Source: Rhynchopus sp. YZ270_cl-10
Lineage: Eukaryota
Direction: 5' to 3'
Assembly (NCBI GenBank): GCA_964035575.1
Contig: OZ037835.1
Location: 1,302,001 to 1,366,000, forward strand
Length of the DNA: 64,000 nt
How positions within the stretch are numbered: the first letter of the stretch is position 1; each line of letters starts with the position of its first letter. Of this stretch, positions 20,898-31,500 are shown piece by piece. The position numbers and the translations under genes are program-made. The notes under the pieces were generated by a model, which did not search any database, was not told the origin of the DNA, and saw only the letters and a program-made list of their open reading frames with translations.

Positions 20898-23800
20898 ATG
20901 GAGGTCTTCATCCGCGACTCCCTCAGCAACGACGAAGAGGTGCTCGAGATCGATGAGTACGACACGATTGAATCCTTTTGTACCCGTGCGGCCGCCGCCT
21001 TCGGGTACCTCCCTGCTCACGTCGACTTTGAGCTGGATGGGGCGCCCTTAGGGGATTTCGACAGTGATGAGCCGTTGGGGAGCTCCGATGCGATTGTGTG
21101 CGGATCGATTGTCTCGCTTCACCCAACTGCAAAGGTTTTTGTGCAGAAGGTGCGTGACGGGGCGGCGTACGGCACTCTGCCGGAGGCTCTGCAGCACAAC
21201 AGAGAGTGCGCGCTGGCGTTGATCGCGTCTGGGTGGAAACGGTACGCTGAGTTGCCGCTTGCGATGCAGACTGACTCGGCTGTGATGCGGGCTGCGGTGG
21301 AGGCGGACAAGAGTGCAGGAAGCGCTGCAAGCCCTGAGGCATGGCGGAACAGAGACTTTGCGGAGGTGATGGTCGATGCGAGCCAGGGGAATGCACTGTC
21401 GTTTGGGAACGCAGGGGTGTTGCAGAACGATGCGTGCGCTGTGCTCCGTTGTGTCGACCACAACGGACGCATGCTGGAGCACGCTTCCGCAGCACTGCGC
21501 GACACCCGCAGCATCGTCCTCGCTGCAGTCCGGAAAAACGGAGAAGCCCTGCGCCATGCCTCGCCTGCCCTGCGTGACGACCGTGAAATCGTTCTCGAAG
21601 CCGTAAAGGACTATGGGTCGAATCTGCAATACGCATCGGACGCGCTTAAGTCAGACCGCACCTTCGCGCTTGAAGCTGTCCGCCGCCACACGGTTGCCCT
21701 CAGCTACGTCGAAAAGCGCTTCAAAAACGACCCTGAGGTGGTGCTCGCTGCGCTGTCGAAGGGGTGGTACACCTTGGGGTATGCGTCTGCAGAGCTGAGA
21801 CGGAACAAGGAGTTGGTGATGAAGGTTGTGACGTTTTCGGGGCACAATATGCGCTACGTGGACAAAACGCTGCAGGGAGACTGGGATGTGGCGCGTGCAG
21901 CCTTGAACTCGCAGGCGTCTGCTTTGGAATACTGCAGCAGTGCCATCCGCGACGACTACGACCTTGCGTACAAAGCAGTGTGCCGCTACGGTACCATGAT
22001 GAAGCACGTCTCCCCACGCCTCAGGGAGGACAAATGCTTTGTGCTTGCTGCCGTCGCCAACTCCTACAGCAGCTTTGAGCACGTCTCCGCCTCGCTCAGG
22101 AAGGACAAAGACATCTGCACCGCAGCCGTAAAGCGCCATGGACCCAACTTTGAATTCTGTGGCTCCGCGCTTCGTGCCTCCAAACCATTCGTTCTGGAAG
22201 CATTGAAGCATGGTGGCGCTCTCGTGCACGTCTCAAAACAGCTGCAAGGGGACCCAGAGGTGTACCGTCTCGCACTCCAAAAAGGAATGGGGAATTTGGA
22301 GGCAGCGCCGGCCTCGGTGAAGGGGGATGAGGACATTGTGTTGAAGGCTGTGAAGTTGGATGGGAAGAACCTGAAGTACGCGGACAGTTCGTTGCAGGAC
22401 TGTTATGAGGTTGTGTTGGCGGCAGTGCAGAACAACTACGTCGCGATCACCCACGCGAGCACACGGCTCCAGAACAACCCAGCCATCGCTGCGGAGGTCG
22501 TCCGCGCTGCAGGCAAGAACGGATTCACGCACATCGGAAAGGACATTTTGCACAACCGCTCATTCCTCCTCGCACAGCCAAAGGGAACCTGGAAGGGGGA
22601 GCTCCTTCAGGAGCTTTCACATGAAATGCGCGACGACCGTGAAGTGGTGCTCCGCTGCGTGCAGGATGACGGGATGATGCTGAAGTTCGCATCACCAGGC
22701 CTGCGCCAGGAGAAGAGCCTCGTACTCGAGGCGGTTACAAGCAGTGGAGCTGCCTTGGTGTATGCACACAGCGATCTCCGGAACGATATTGACGTGGTGC
22801 GTGCTGCAGTGAAGTCGAAGGGGAAGGCACTGCAGTTTGCCTCAGAGGCGTTGCAGAACGATGTCGAGATTGCGATGTGCGCCCTGAAGAAGGATGCGTC
22901 CTGCTTCGCGTATGCCGGAGAAACTGTACGAGCGGACAAATTCTGCGCTCTCGAGGCCGTTTCAAAGAACGGCAACGCGCTTCGCAACGTCAGTCTGAGT
23001 CTCCAAGACGATGTTGATGTTGTCAAAGCTGCGATAACACAGAACCATGCGGCCCTCCCCCATGCCGGGCTTCGCGCCAAAGCTGACAAAGATTTGATTA
23101 TTGCTGCGATCGAAATGCACCCCAACACTTTCGAATATGCTTCGGACGATCTCAAAGCTGATCTGGAAGTTGCGACGACTGCACTGAGACACACTTTGAC
23201 GACTACATTCCCTTCTGTTGCGTCGTCCCTTAGCAACAACAGAGCCTTCATGCTGGAAGCTGTTACCAAGAATGCGACGTGGCTGCAGAACGCTGGAGGC
23301 GCTGCGCGCAACGACCCCGAGGTTGTGTTAGCTGCAGTGAAGAAGGATATGGCAGTTCTCAAGCACGCTGGGAGTCGGGTGTTGGAATCGTCGGAGGCGA
23401 TGCTTAAGGTTGTGAAGCTGTGCGGGCTTTCTCTGGCGCATGGTGGTGCTGCAGTGAGAAGCAACCGTGCTGTGGTGCTGGAAGCGCTGCAGAACAATGC
23501 GGATGCCCTGCAATTCGTTGCGCCCGCCTTGGCAGATGATCGTGGCATCGTGGCTGCTGCGTTTTCCGGAAAAAATGCGAACGCTACTTTGAAATACGCT
23601 TCGCAGCGTCTTCGGGGCAATGCTGACGTCGTCACTGCTGCGTGCACCGCAAATGGCGCAAACTTCGCATTTGCTAGCAAAGCGTTGAGACAGAAGTCTG
23701 TCTTCGCACTGAAGATGGTAGGTATTTCCTCGGAGGCAATGCCTCATGTAGATTCATCGTTGCTGTCAAAGCCAGAATTTGTTGAAGCCGTCATGGCAAC

Positions 23801-24701
23801 AGTTCCAAAAGACTGTTTCCGCATGGAAGCCAACCTCTGGAAGAGCCGTGCCATCGTGCTCAAGGTCCTGCAGCTCTATGGTGGGCACTTCGCGTTGCAG
23901 AAGGCGAACGCAAAGTTGAAGGGGGACGCTAGCTTTGTTCTCGCAGCGGTTGCGGATGATTCAAGAGCGTTTGCCTTTGCTGGTGAAAAGCTGAGGCAGA
24001 ATAAGCAGTTTGTGTTGTCCTGCCTGGAGCACAAAGGGTGTGATGCGGAACACATCGGGGCGGCGCTGTGGAAGGACCGTTCTGTGGTGCTGCGGGTTCT
24101 CGCGATGTGCAAGGTTGAGGGTCTGATCCTGTCGCGCCTGGGAAGGGATCTCTGCAATGACCGGGAGGTAGTGCGGTGTGCGGTGGCAGCGAACCCGAAG
24201 AACTTCGAGTTTGCGTCGCTCCCGATGCGCGCGGACCGCGAGATTGCGTTGTCGGGCATGCGCTACGCAGGGAACATGAAGCACGTCGGGAAGTGGTGGC
24301 AAAAGGACGCAGATTTCGTGTACGAAGCCGTTGTCTTGCATAAAACGCTGTTGAAGCTCCCCCCCGCACTGTGCGCGAACGCAACCTTCATGAAGAAATG
24401 TGTGATGCACAACGGAATGTATCTGCAGATGGCGACCCCAGAGCTGAAGGACAGCTTCTTCATCGCTTTCGCTGCGATCCGTGCAGATATCAATGCAATC
24501 CACTACGTCGGGCCGGGGCTCTGGAACAACCCCGTCATGCGTCTGGTGAGGTGCGGACGTGACATCTACGAAGCGGTGGATCTGGAAACAGTTTTGATTA
24601 CTCTTGGCTGCCTTGTTGTCATTTGGGGCAGTATGTTTGCATTCAAAGTCTTCTTCCTTGATCCAAAGAAGGCTTTAGTGCAACCTGAACCCGAGGTTTA
24701 G
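20898..24701 (+). CDS. UBL-like domain + long DUF4116-like helical repeat array + C-terminal transmembrane helix
   Basis: Many D+EVVLxAVxxxGxALxYASxxL+ repeats. N-terminal MEVFIRDSLSNDEEVLEIDEYDTIESF resembles UBL. Hydrophobic VLITLGCLVVIWGSMFAFKVFFL lies near the C-terminus. Confidence 0.85.
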   Translation: MEVFIRDSLSNDEEVLEIDEYDTIESFCTRAAAAFGYLPAHVDFELDGAPLGDFDSDEPLGSSDAIVCGSIVSLHPTAKVFVQKVRDGAAYGTLPEALQHNRECALALIASGWKRYAELPLAMQTDSAVMRAAVEADKSAGSAASPEAWRNRDFAEVMVDASQGNALSFGNAGVLQNDACAVLRCVDHNGRMLEHASAALRDTRSIVLAAVRKNGEALRHASPALRDDREIVLEAVKDYGSNLQYASDALKSDRTFALEAVRRHTVALSYVEKRFKNDPEVVLAALSKGWYTLGYASAELRRNKELVMKVVTFSGHNMRYVDKTLQGDWDVARAALNSQASALEYCSSAIRDDYDLAYKAVCRYGTMMKHVSPRLREDKCFVLAAVANSYSSFEHVSASLRKDKDICTAAVKRHGPNFEFCGSALRASKPFVLEALKHGGALVHVSKQLQGDPEVYRLALQKGMGNLEAAPASVKGDEDIVLKAVKLDGKNLKYADSSLQDCYEVVLAAVQNNYVAITHASTRLQNNPAIAAEVVRAAGKNGFTHIGKDILHNRSFLLAQPKGTWKGELLQELSHEMRDDREVVLRCVQDDGMMLKFASPGLRQEKSLVLEAVTSSGAALVYAHSDLRNDIDVVRAAVKSKGKALQFASEALQNDVEIAMCALKKDASCFAYAGETVRADKFCALEAVSKNGNALRNVSLSLQDDVDVVKAAITQNHAALPHAGLRAKADKDLIIAAIEMHPNTFEYASDDLKADLEVATTALRHTLTTTFPSVASSLSNNRAFMLEAVTKNATWLQNAGGAARNDPEVVLAAVKKDMAVLKHAGSRVLESSEAMLKVVKLCGLSLAHGGAAVRSNRAVVLEALQNNADALQFVAPALADDRGIVAAAFSGKNANATLKYASQRLRGNADVVTAACTANGANFAFASKALRQKSVFALKMVGISSEAMPHVDSSLLSKPEFVEAVMATVPKDCFRMEANLWKSRAIVLKVLQLYGGHFALQKANAKLKGDASFVLAAVADDSRAFAFAGEKLRQNKQFVLSCLEHKGCDAEHIGAALWKDRSVVLRVLAMCKVEGLILSRLGRDLCNDREVVRCAVAANPKNFEFASLPMRADREIALSGMRYAGNMKHVGKWWQKDADFVYEAVVLHKTLLKLPPALCANATFMKKCVMHNGMYLQMATPELKDSFFIAFAAIRADINAIHYVGPGLWNNPVMRLVRCGRDIYEAVDLETVLITLGCLVVIWGSMFAFKVFFLDPKKALVQPEPEV

Positions 24702-27700
24702 ATAAAATTTCAATTTAATTTTAGGAAGAAAAAAAGAAAAAGAGAAAAATAAAATAAAACAAACGAACAAACAAACAAAAGAAGAAGAAGAAAAAACGGA
24801 ACATAAAAAAAAAAAAAAAGGAATGAAAATGATTGCCTTTCCTTTTGAACTCATTTTTGAAACCTTTTTTTAAAACTCCTTTTGTCGTACAAAATAGGGG
24901 TTTTGACGACTACGCATCATTTCCCCCCCCTGCAATGAAACTAAGTGAACAGTCTCCAAGGTATTGTGCAGGGTGCGCAACAAACGTGCTTTTTTTTTTC
25001 TTTTCCTTTCCCCCTTTTTTTTTCGGAAAAGGGGAAAACCAAACACAATGAATGCTCTATACTATATGACCTAGTGTAAAGTTATTGCTGTTTTTTTTGT
25101 TTTTTTTTTTTGTTTTTGTTTTTTTGGTTTTTTTTGTTTTTGTTTTATACGATTACCTACAGTGTAAACGGGTTTAGTGCAAGACTTTAACCCGCTGTCT
25201 CTGACCACGTTTTCTTGTTTTGTTTTTTCTCTTCCTATTTGTTGACTTTTCACATATCTCACGTCAGCGCTGTCTACGGTAAGGCAAAAGGGGGGTTGGC
25301 ACTTTTCATTATTGATGCCTTATTTATGAAACTTAGGATCTAAAAAACCTTTTTTTTTTCAAAAAAAAATCTAGCCCCTTTTTTGGGGAGGTGACAATTG
25401 TACTCTGCACTAAAGTAAACCTACACCCTCATGCCTCATGCACCATGCACCCCCATTCCCACCTGTGTTGATCCTCTTTCTTGTTTTGTTTGTAGATCTT
25501 TTCTTTCCATTTGATACAAAAAAAACCTAACTTTTTTTTGCACGACAATGACGTAAATTGCTTTGAATTTTTTTGTGGTTTTACTTTTATGATTTTTTTC
25601 ACTGTTGTAAGCCAATGGTGACAATCACAATGAATAACCACAAAAACAATGTCATTTACTACGGTGACTCAGCACAGAGAGGCTTAGGGTCATCTTATAA
25701 ACTTTTCTTTACCTTCTTTTCGTTTAGAAAAGAAAGTATATGAAATAATTTGCTTCACTGTCATGCGAAGAGAGTAAGAGGTAAGGGGGATAAGGGGGGG
25801 TGTTTTGCTGTGTGGCTAGACGTGGGGAGGGGGGGGGTTTTTTTTTCTTTTTTCTTTTGTGTCGATGATTCAAACTGTCTACCCCCCACCCCAAGCTCCC
25901 CCCATTCTTTTGGAATTTAAGGTTCTGACTGAAGATCACTAACGCACGAGAGGCTTAGGTTCATCTTTCAAAACGTTTTTGTCTTTTTTTCTTTTTCTTT
26001 TTCCTTTTCCACATGATTTTTTTTCCAAAAGAAAAACCCCACCCTGTTCAAAACATGTGTATTTCTCCCATAGCTGTTGTACACATGGTGTTGTTTTTTT
26101 TTTTTTTTTCTTCTTTTTCAGGCTCTCCGCTAGGATTTCCGATTTTGAAAATATTCTGTTGATGGTCCACGTTGGTGGGGTACATGCTTGCGCCGCAGGC
26201 GCACGGTACGCAACTTTATTTTTTACCAACGCCCGATTTTGACTTTTTTGGGACGTTTGAGCACTCACCTCTCCATATCTTCTTCTCCTGAGCTTTTTTG
26301 ACAGGTAGAACGGGTCTGAACCACTTAGCAGAACTTTTTTTTTTTTCTTTTTTTCCCCATTTTCAAAAAGTTCTGTTGACAATCAACAGAACTTTAGTAC
26401 CTAGCGGAGTGCCTGTTCTTTTTCCCCCTTTTTTCCCTCTTTTTTTTTTTTTTTTTGCAAAGTGACTGCACTTCCCAACAGGTGTTTCCGAAACATTTGC
26501 AAAATTTCACCGTTATTTGGTGCTTTCGGAAGTCGGTCAACGACCTGTCGGCGACCTGTCAATATCAGGGGGTGTGTGTATAGAGCCCCTGTGTCAACGA
26601 CCTGTCAGCGACCTGTCAATATCGACCCCTCCCGGAGCACCATTATTGTTTTTTAGGTGGCCCAAAGCTGCGAGGCTTAGCTTCATCTTATAAACTTCTC
26701 CCTTTCTCCCTCTCTCTCTTTTTGCCTACCCCCTTTTTTTTTATCCTCAAAGCTTTGGTTTATAGGAGAAAAATCGCAAAATAGTTCTAACAGGTACGGT
26801 CGCCAATCAAACCGAATCCAGGAGGATTGTGCAATCAACGGATATGCCTTTCTATTGCCTGCTCTGTTCTAACTATTTTGTTTTTTCTTGAGAACTTTTG
26901 AGTTTTTTTGTGCTTGCATTATTTTTGTAAACCGCCTCCGTTCTCTTACGGTACAGACCACTCACGTCCCACCTTTTGCATGAGCTCGGACCGAGCTGCG
27001 TTTTTAGTACGTTTCAACTACTCACTTTCTATTGTTGAGCTTGGTACTACAGAGGCATTTTGCACTATCAACTTCACTTTTTTTTTCTCTCTCCAGTCTA
27101 ACCTGTTTTAAACACGACCAGCCACACCATATCTGTAACGGTGTGAAGTTCTTGTGTTGTGTACTTTATTGTTCTTTTCAACATGGTACAGTCTCAGTGC
27201 CCTCCCAGCAAGCTCTGATAGAGACGGTGTTAACGTTCCAGCGACACAAAAAAAAGAAGAAAAAAACTCATATTTCGTTGTAAAGACTTTTCTCTCCTTG
27301 AGCATAAGGGGAGAAACAACATTTGTCTTTTTTTTTCAAGCGTTCCTTTATTCGTTTTCGTTTTTTTTTTTCTTCGTTTTTTTCGTTTTTTTTCAAAGTT
27401 CTCATTATTTTTGTTAAACTTTTCTTTGACGATAGTCCTTCTCAAACCGAAGTGACGTTGTTTATTTCTATTGTGTTTTTTTCTGTTTAGCTGACCAACA
27501 AAAACGGCGTTGGTTCAGCTTCTTATTTACTATTTTTTTTTTTTTTGTTTGCAAATCTGCTCGGTGTGTGTAAGGATATAGTGTAACTTGCCCTCCACAC
27601 ACCTTACAAAATGCTCATGTTTACCGACTATTTTGTCTCTCTCGCGATTAGCAAAAAAAATTAAAAAAGGGACAGGTTGCAATTTTTTTCACAATATCTT

Positions 27701-27849
27701 CTGTTGTTGGCCGCAGAGTACTTTGTGCTTTCATCCGGGTCTGGTATCGTAGCTCAGTAGGAGGTGCCTGCATTAATAAGTTCACTTTAAAATATCTTCA
27801 TCCTCTCCCCACACACCTGTCCCCCAGAACAGAGTTACTCCCGCCGAAC

Positions 27850-28935
27850 ATGGACATCACAGGACACTTCGAGTCTGCAAGCTGTGTGATAGAAGTGGAC
27901 GGGAGCGCTACCCTTGCACAGGTGAAGGGGAAGCTTGTTGCGGAGCTTGGCGTGCCACGTGCTCGGCGTGTTGGTGTGCGGATGAGAGGCGGTGGCGACA
28001 TCGGCAAGGACGACTTGCGCATCTGCGACACGGAGATGGATGAGGGATGTGCCGTTGAGCTGTATTGCACTGGTGCGAATATCCCTCCTGGGGTGATACG
28101 ACGTTCGGCTGCCACATTCTCGCTTACACTCTCCTCATGTGACAGGTACCTTGCAGTTATGGGTTGCAATAATAATGTGACCATCTTCGACACAGAAACA
28201 CACGAGAGTTTGTGCCACTTCCCTTGCTTGTTGTATTCCACGCCATCATTCTCACCTTGCAGTCAGTGGATCTCATGCGCGAATGAGGACACGCAGTGTG
28301 CCGAAGTTCATGACGTGAAGACAGGTGCATTGAAGCACTCTTTTGGAGACGCAGGTGATTGGCTCACCACGGCATGGTCACCCTGTGGAACAAAGCTGTT
28401 GTCGTGCTGCAAGAGCAAGTGTTTGCAGGTGTGGGACATTGCAACAGGCGTTGTTGTGCACGAATGGGGCCACATTGTGAAGAGCAAGTACGTCATGGTT
28501 GTGACAGGCGACAGGGTGGCGATGTTTGGGGAGCGGAGCAAATGCATCACCATCTGGGACTACACGACAGGGGTGGAGGTGCTTGTTCTGACATGCCCTG
28601 CTGACGTTCATTATTCAGCACTGTCACCAAACCAGCGTTTCATTGCAGCATGTACGGGCATCTGTGTGCGTGTCTGGAACATCGAAACAGGTGAATGTGT
28701 ATTTGAAGACGTCTCAGAAAACGAATGGATTGATGTTGCTGTGTCGAACGACACTGTTGCTGCCTACTCTTCCAGTGCATCGTGCATCTGGTCCATCTCA
28801 ACAGGGGAACAACTCTTGCACCGTGAATTGGGGAGCTGCGATTCTTGTGGTGTTGCAATGAGCAGCTGTGGTGGTGTGGTGATGTACGGCAGGGCTGAGG
28901 GTGTTGAGATTGTTGATATCTCACACCTGTCTTGA
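27850..28935 (+). CDS. UBL-like domain + WD40 beta-propeller protein (tandem copy 1)
   Basis: Repeated SPC/SPN...VWD/IWD/VWN+ETG blades. N-terminal CVIEVDGSATLAQVKGKL...DDLRICDTEMDEGCAVEL is ubiquitin-like. Confidence 0.85.
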   Translation: MDITGHFESASCVIEVDGSATLAQVKGKLVAELGVPRARRVGVRMRGGGDIGKDDLRICDTEMDEGCAVELYCTGANIPPGVIRRSAATFSLTLSSCDRYLAVMGCNNNVTIFDTETHESLCHFPCLLYSTPSFSPCSQWISCANEDTQCAEVHDVKTGALKHSFGDAGDWLTTAWSPCGTKLLSCCKSKCLQVWDIATGVVVHEWGHIVKSKYVMVVTGDRVAMFGERSKCITIWDYTTGVEVLVLTCPADVHYSALSPNQRFIAACTGICVRVWNIETGECVFEDVSENEWIDVAVSNDTVAAYSSSASCIWSISTGEQLLHRELGSCDSCGVAMSSCGGVVMYGRAEGVEIVDISHLS

Positions 28936-29211
28936 ATCCACTTCGACAAATGAAAGGTGCCATCTAACTTTGCTTCCCTTTCCTGCACCTTGCCTGGGTA
29001 ACTCCATGCAGGAAGATACGCGAAGATCGATACACATGTCTTTCGTTGTGGGGGTGGGTTGGCAAGAGACCTCTAACTATGAGTTATCTCTCTTGTTTTT
29101 GCAAAATGACAACACATCTCGTTTCCTTCACAAACACCACCCCACCCTCTTCTACCTGCCCTCCCCACACACACACACCTGTCCCCACAGAACAGAGTTC
29201 CACCCCTGAAC

Positions 29212-30294
29212 ATGGACATCACAGGACACTTCGAGTCTGCAAGCTGTGTGATAGAAGTGGACGGGAGCGCTACCCTTGCACAGGTGAAGGGGAAGCTTGT
29301 TGCGGAGCTTGGCGTGCCACGTGCTCGGCGTGTTGGTGTGCGGATGAGAGGCGGTGGCGACATCGGCAAGGACGACTTGCGCATCTGCGACACGGAGATG
29401 GATGAGGGATGTGCCGTTGAGCTGTACTGCACTGGTGCGAACATCACTCCTGGGGTGATACCACGTTCGGCAGAGGCGACGGACTCCCTCATACTCTCCC
29501 CGTGTGACAGGTACCTTGCAGTGACGTGTTTCTCGCACAATAATGTGACCATCTTCGACACAGAAACACACGAGAGTTTGTGCCACTTCCCTTGCTTGTT
29601 GTATTCCACGCCATCATTCTCACCTTGCAGTCAGTGGATCTCGTGCGTGAACAAGGATACGCGGTGTGCTGAAATTCATGACGTGAAGACAGGTGCATTG
29701 AAGCACTCCTTTGGAGATGCAGATTGGCTCACCACGGCATGGTCACCCTGTGGAACAAAGCTGTTGTCGTGCTGCAAGAGCAAGTGTTTGCAGGTGTGGG
29801 ACATTGCAACAGGCGTTGTTGTGCACGAATGGGGCCACATTGTGAAGAGCAAGTACGTCATGGTTGTGACAGGCGACAGGGTGGCGATGTTTGGGGAGCG
29901 GAGCAAATGCATCACCATCTGGGACTACACGACAGGGGTGGAGGTGCTTGTTCTGACATGCCCTGCTGATGTTAGTTATGCAGCACTGTCACCAAACCAG
30001 CGTTTCATTGCAGCATGTACGGACATCTGTGTGCGTGTCTGGAACATCGAAACAGGTGAATGTGTATTTGAAGACGACTCAGAAGGCTCATGGACTGACG
30101 TTGCTGTGTCGAACGACGTTGTTGTTGCCTACTCTTCTGGGGCCTTGTGCGTGTGGTCCATCTCAACAGGGGAACAACTCTTGCACTTGGGGGGTTGCGA
30201 TTCTTACGGTCTTGCAATGAGCAGCTGTGGTGGTGTGGTGATGTACGGCAGCACTGAAGGTGTTGAGATTGTTGATATCTCACACCTGTCTTGA
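29212..30294 (+). CDS. UBL-like domain + WD40 beta-propeller protein (tandem copy 2)
   Basis: Tandem paralog of 27850-28935, with the leader and ~90 nt of 3' flank also duplicated. Confidence 0.85.
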   Translation: MDITGHFESASCVIEVDGSATLAQVKGKLVAELGVPRARRVGVRMRGGGDIGKDDLRICDTEMDEGCAVELYCTGANITPGVIPRSAEATDSLILSPCDRYLAVTCFSHNNVTIFDTETHESLCHFPCLLYSTPSFSPCSQWISCVNKDTRCAEIHDVKTGALKHSFGDADWLTTAWSPCGTKLLSCCKSKCLQVWDIATGVVVHEWGHIVKSKYVMVVTGDRVAMFGERSKCITIWDYTTGVEVLVLTCPADVSYAALSPNQRFIAACTDICVRVWNIETGECVFEDDSEGSWTDVAVSNDVVVAYSSGALCVWSISTGEQLLHLGGCDSYGLAMSSCGGVVMYGSTEGVEIVDISHLS

Positions 30295-30693
30295 ACCCAT
30301 TTCGACAAATGAAAAGTGCCATCTAACTTTGCTTCCCTTTCCTGTACCTTGCCTGGGTCACTCCACGCAGGAAGATACGCAAGGAAAAAAAAAAAAAGAC
30401 ACCGTTTCTGTGGCTGAAGGGAGGTGCTATTTTTGGGCTATTTTCTGCTATTTTCTGCTATTTTCTGCTATTCTGGGCATCTGGGTTTTTTGGTGTGGCT
30501 GAAGGGAGGTGCTATTTTGGGGTCGTCAAGCCGCACCAGTTTTCAACAAAATACACAAAAATAAAAGTTTCCGATTCTCGTTTTTTTCACAATGCATGCA
30601 ACACAACCCCTCCCTCTCTCTCTCCCCCTCCCCTGACCAGCTCCTTTGTTCTCCTCTTCTGTTTGAATAGGCTATAGTGGGTCGACACACAAC

Positions 30694-31254
30694 ATGTCTC
30701 TTCGCCTTTTTATTACGGGGCGCACCCTATGCAGACACGTACCCAGGCCACATCCTTTTTATTCACCCGCATTTCTTACAGTAGAGAGACAACAGAGGGG
30801 AGTACAGACCATGTCGAAGCGTAGCGCAGAGAAGACAGAGGGGCAGGTTGCCAAGAAGCAGAAGCTTGAGAAGGCTGCGAGCGAGGAAGAGGCGGAGGCG
30901 GAGGGGGAGGTGACCATCTACCACAACCCGCGCTGTTCGAAGTCCCGTGAGACGCTTGCGCTGCTGAAGGACAAAGGCGCCGCAGTGAAGGTAGTGGAAT
31001 ACCTGAAGGAGCCCCTCAACGAGGAGCAGTTGACAGCGCTTCTTGCGGTGCTCGGGAAAGCCCCGCGCGACATTTTGCGTAAAGCGGAAGCAGAGTACAA
31101 GGCAGAGAAGCTCAGCAGCACAGACCTCTCCGACGCAGACTTGGTTGCAAAGATCGCGGAATTCCCGAAGTTGATGGAGCGTCCCATTGTTGAATATGCA
31201 GGGAAGGCCGTCATCGGACGCCCGCCTTCCAACATCGACGCACTGTTCGACTGA
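30694..31254 (+). CDS. arsC: Arsenate reductase, glutaredoxin-dependent ArsC family, with N-terminal extension (alternative start 30811)
   Basis: IYHNPRCSKSRETL catalytic motif plus LMERPIV and IGRP motifs. Confidence 0.9.
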   Translation: MSLRLFITGRTLCRHVPRPHPFYSPAFLTVERQQRGVQTMSKRSAEKTEGQVAKKQKLEKAASEEEAEAEGEVTIYHNPRCSKSRETLALLKDKGAAVKVVEYLKEPLNEEQLTALLAVLGKAPRDILRKAEAEYKAEKLSSTDLSDADLVAKIAEFPKLMERPIVEYAGKAVIGRPPSNIDALFD

Positions 31255-31500
31255 AGAGGGTTTTGGTGCAGTTTTTAAGAAGGATGCCGACAAAAAAAAA
31301 ACGTATTTGAGTGACTTTAGGGACAGTGGAGCTTGCGCATATATGGCAACGACACTCCAACAATTTTTCAAAAAAAAAAGAATGTAGCATTATGCATCCC
31401 ACCCCCCTGAGTGACCCCTTTGCAATCTACCCCAGAGTCTATTATGTATTCTTATTTTCACATACAGGAAGGGGAACAAAAAAAAAGGGGCACAGAAAAA

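Noticed and set aside
22607..23680. Long antisense ORFs (357 aa here; others opposite the RT, cyclase and oxidoreductase genes)
   Set aside because: Shadow frames of GC-rich + strand genes with no motifs.
27160..27171. TGTACTTTATTG, matching the 3' end of euglenozoan spliced leaders
   Set aside because: Only 12 nt match, the upstream sequence does not resemble an SL exon, and it is not repeated; likely chance.
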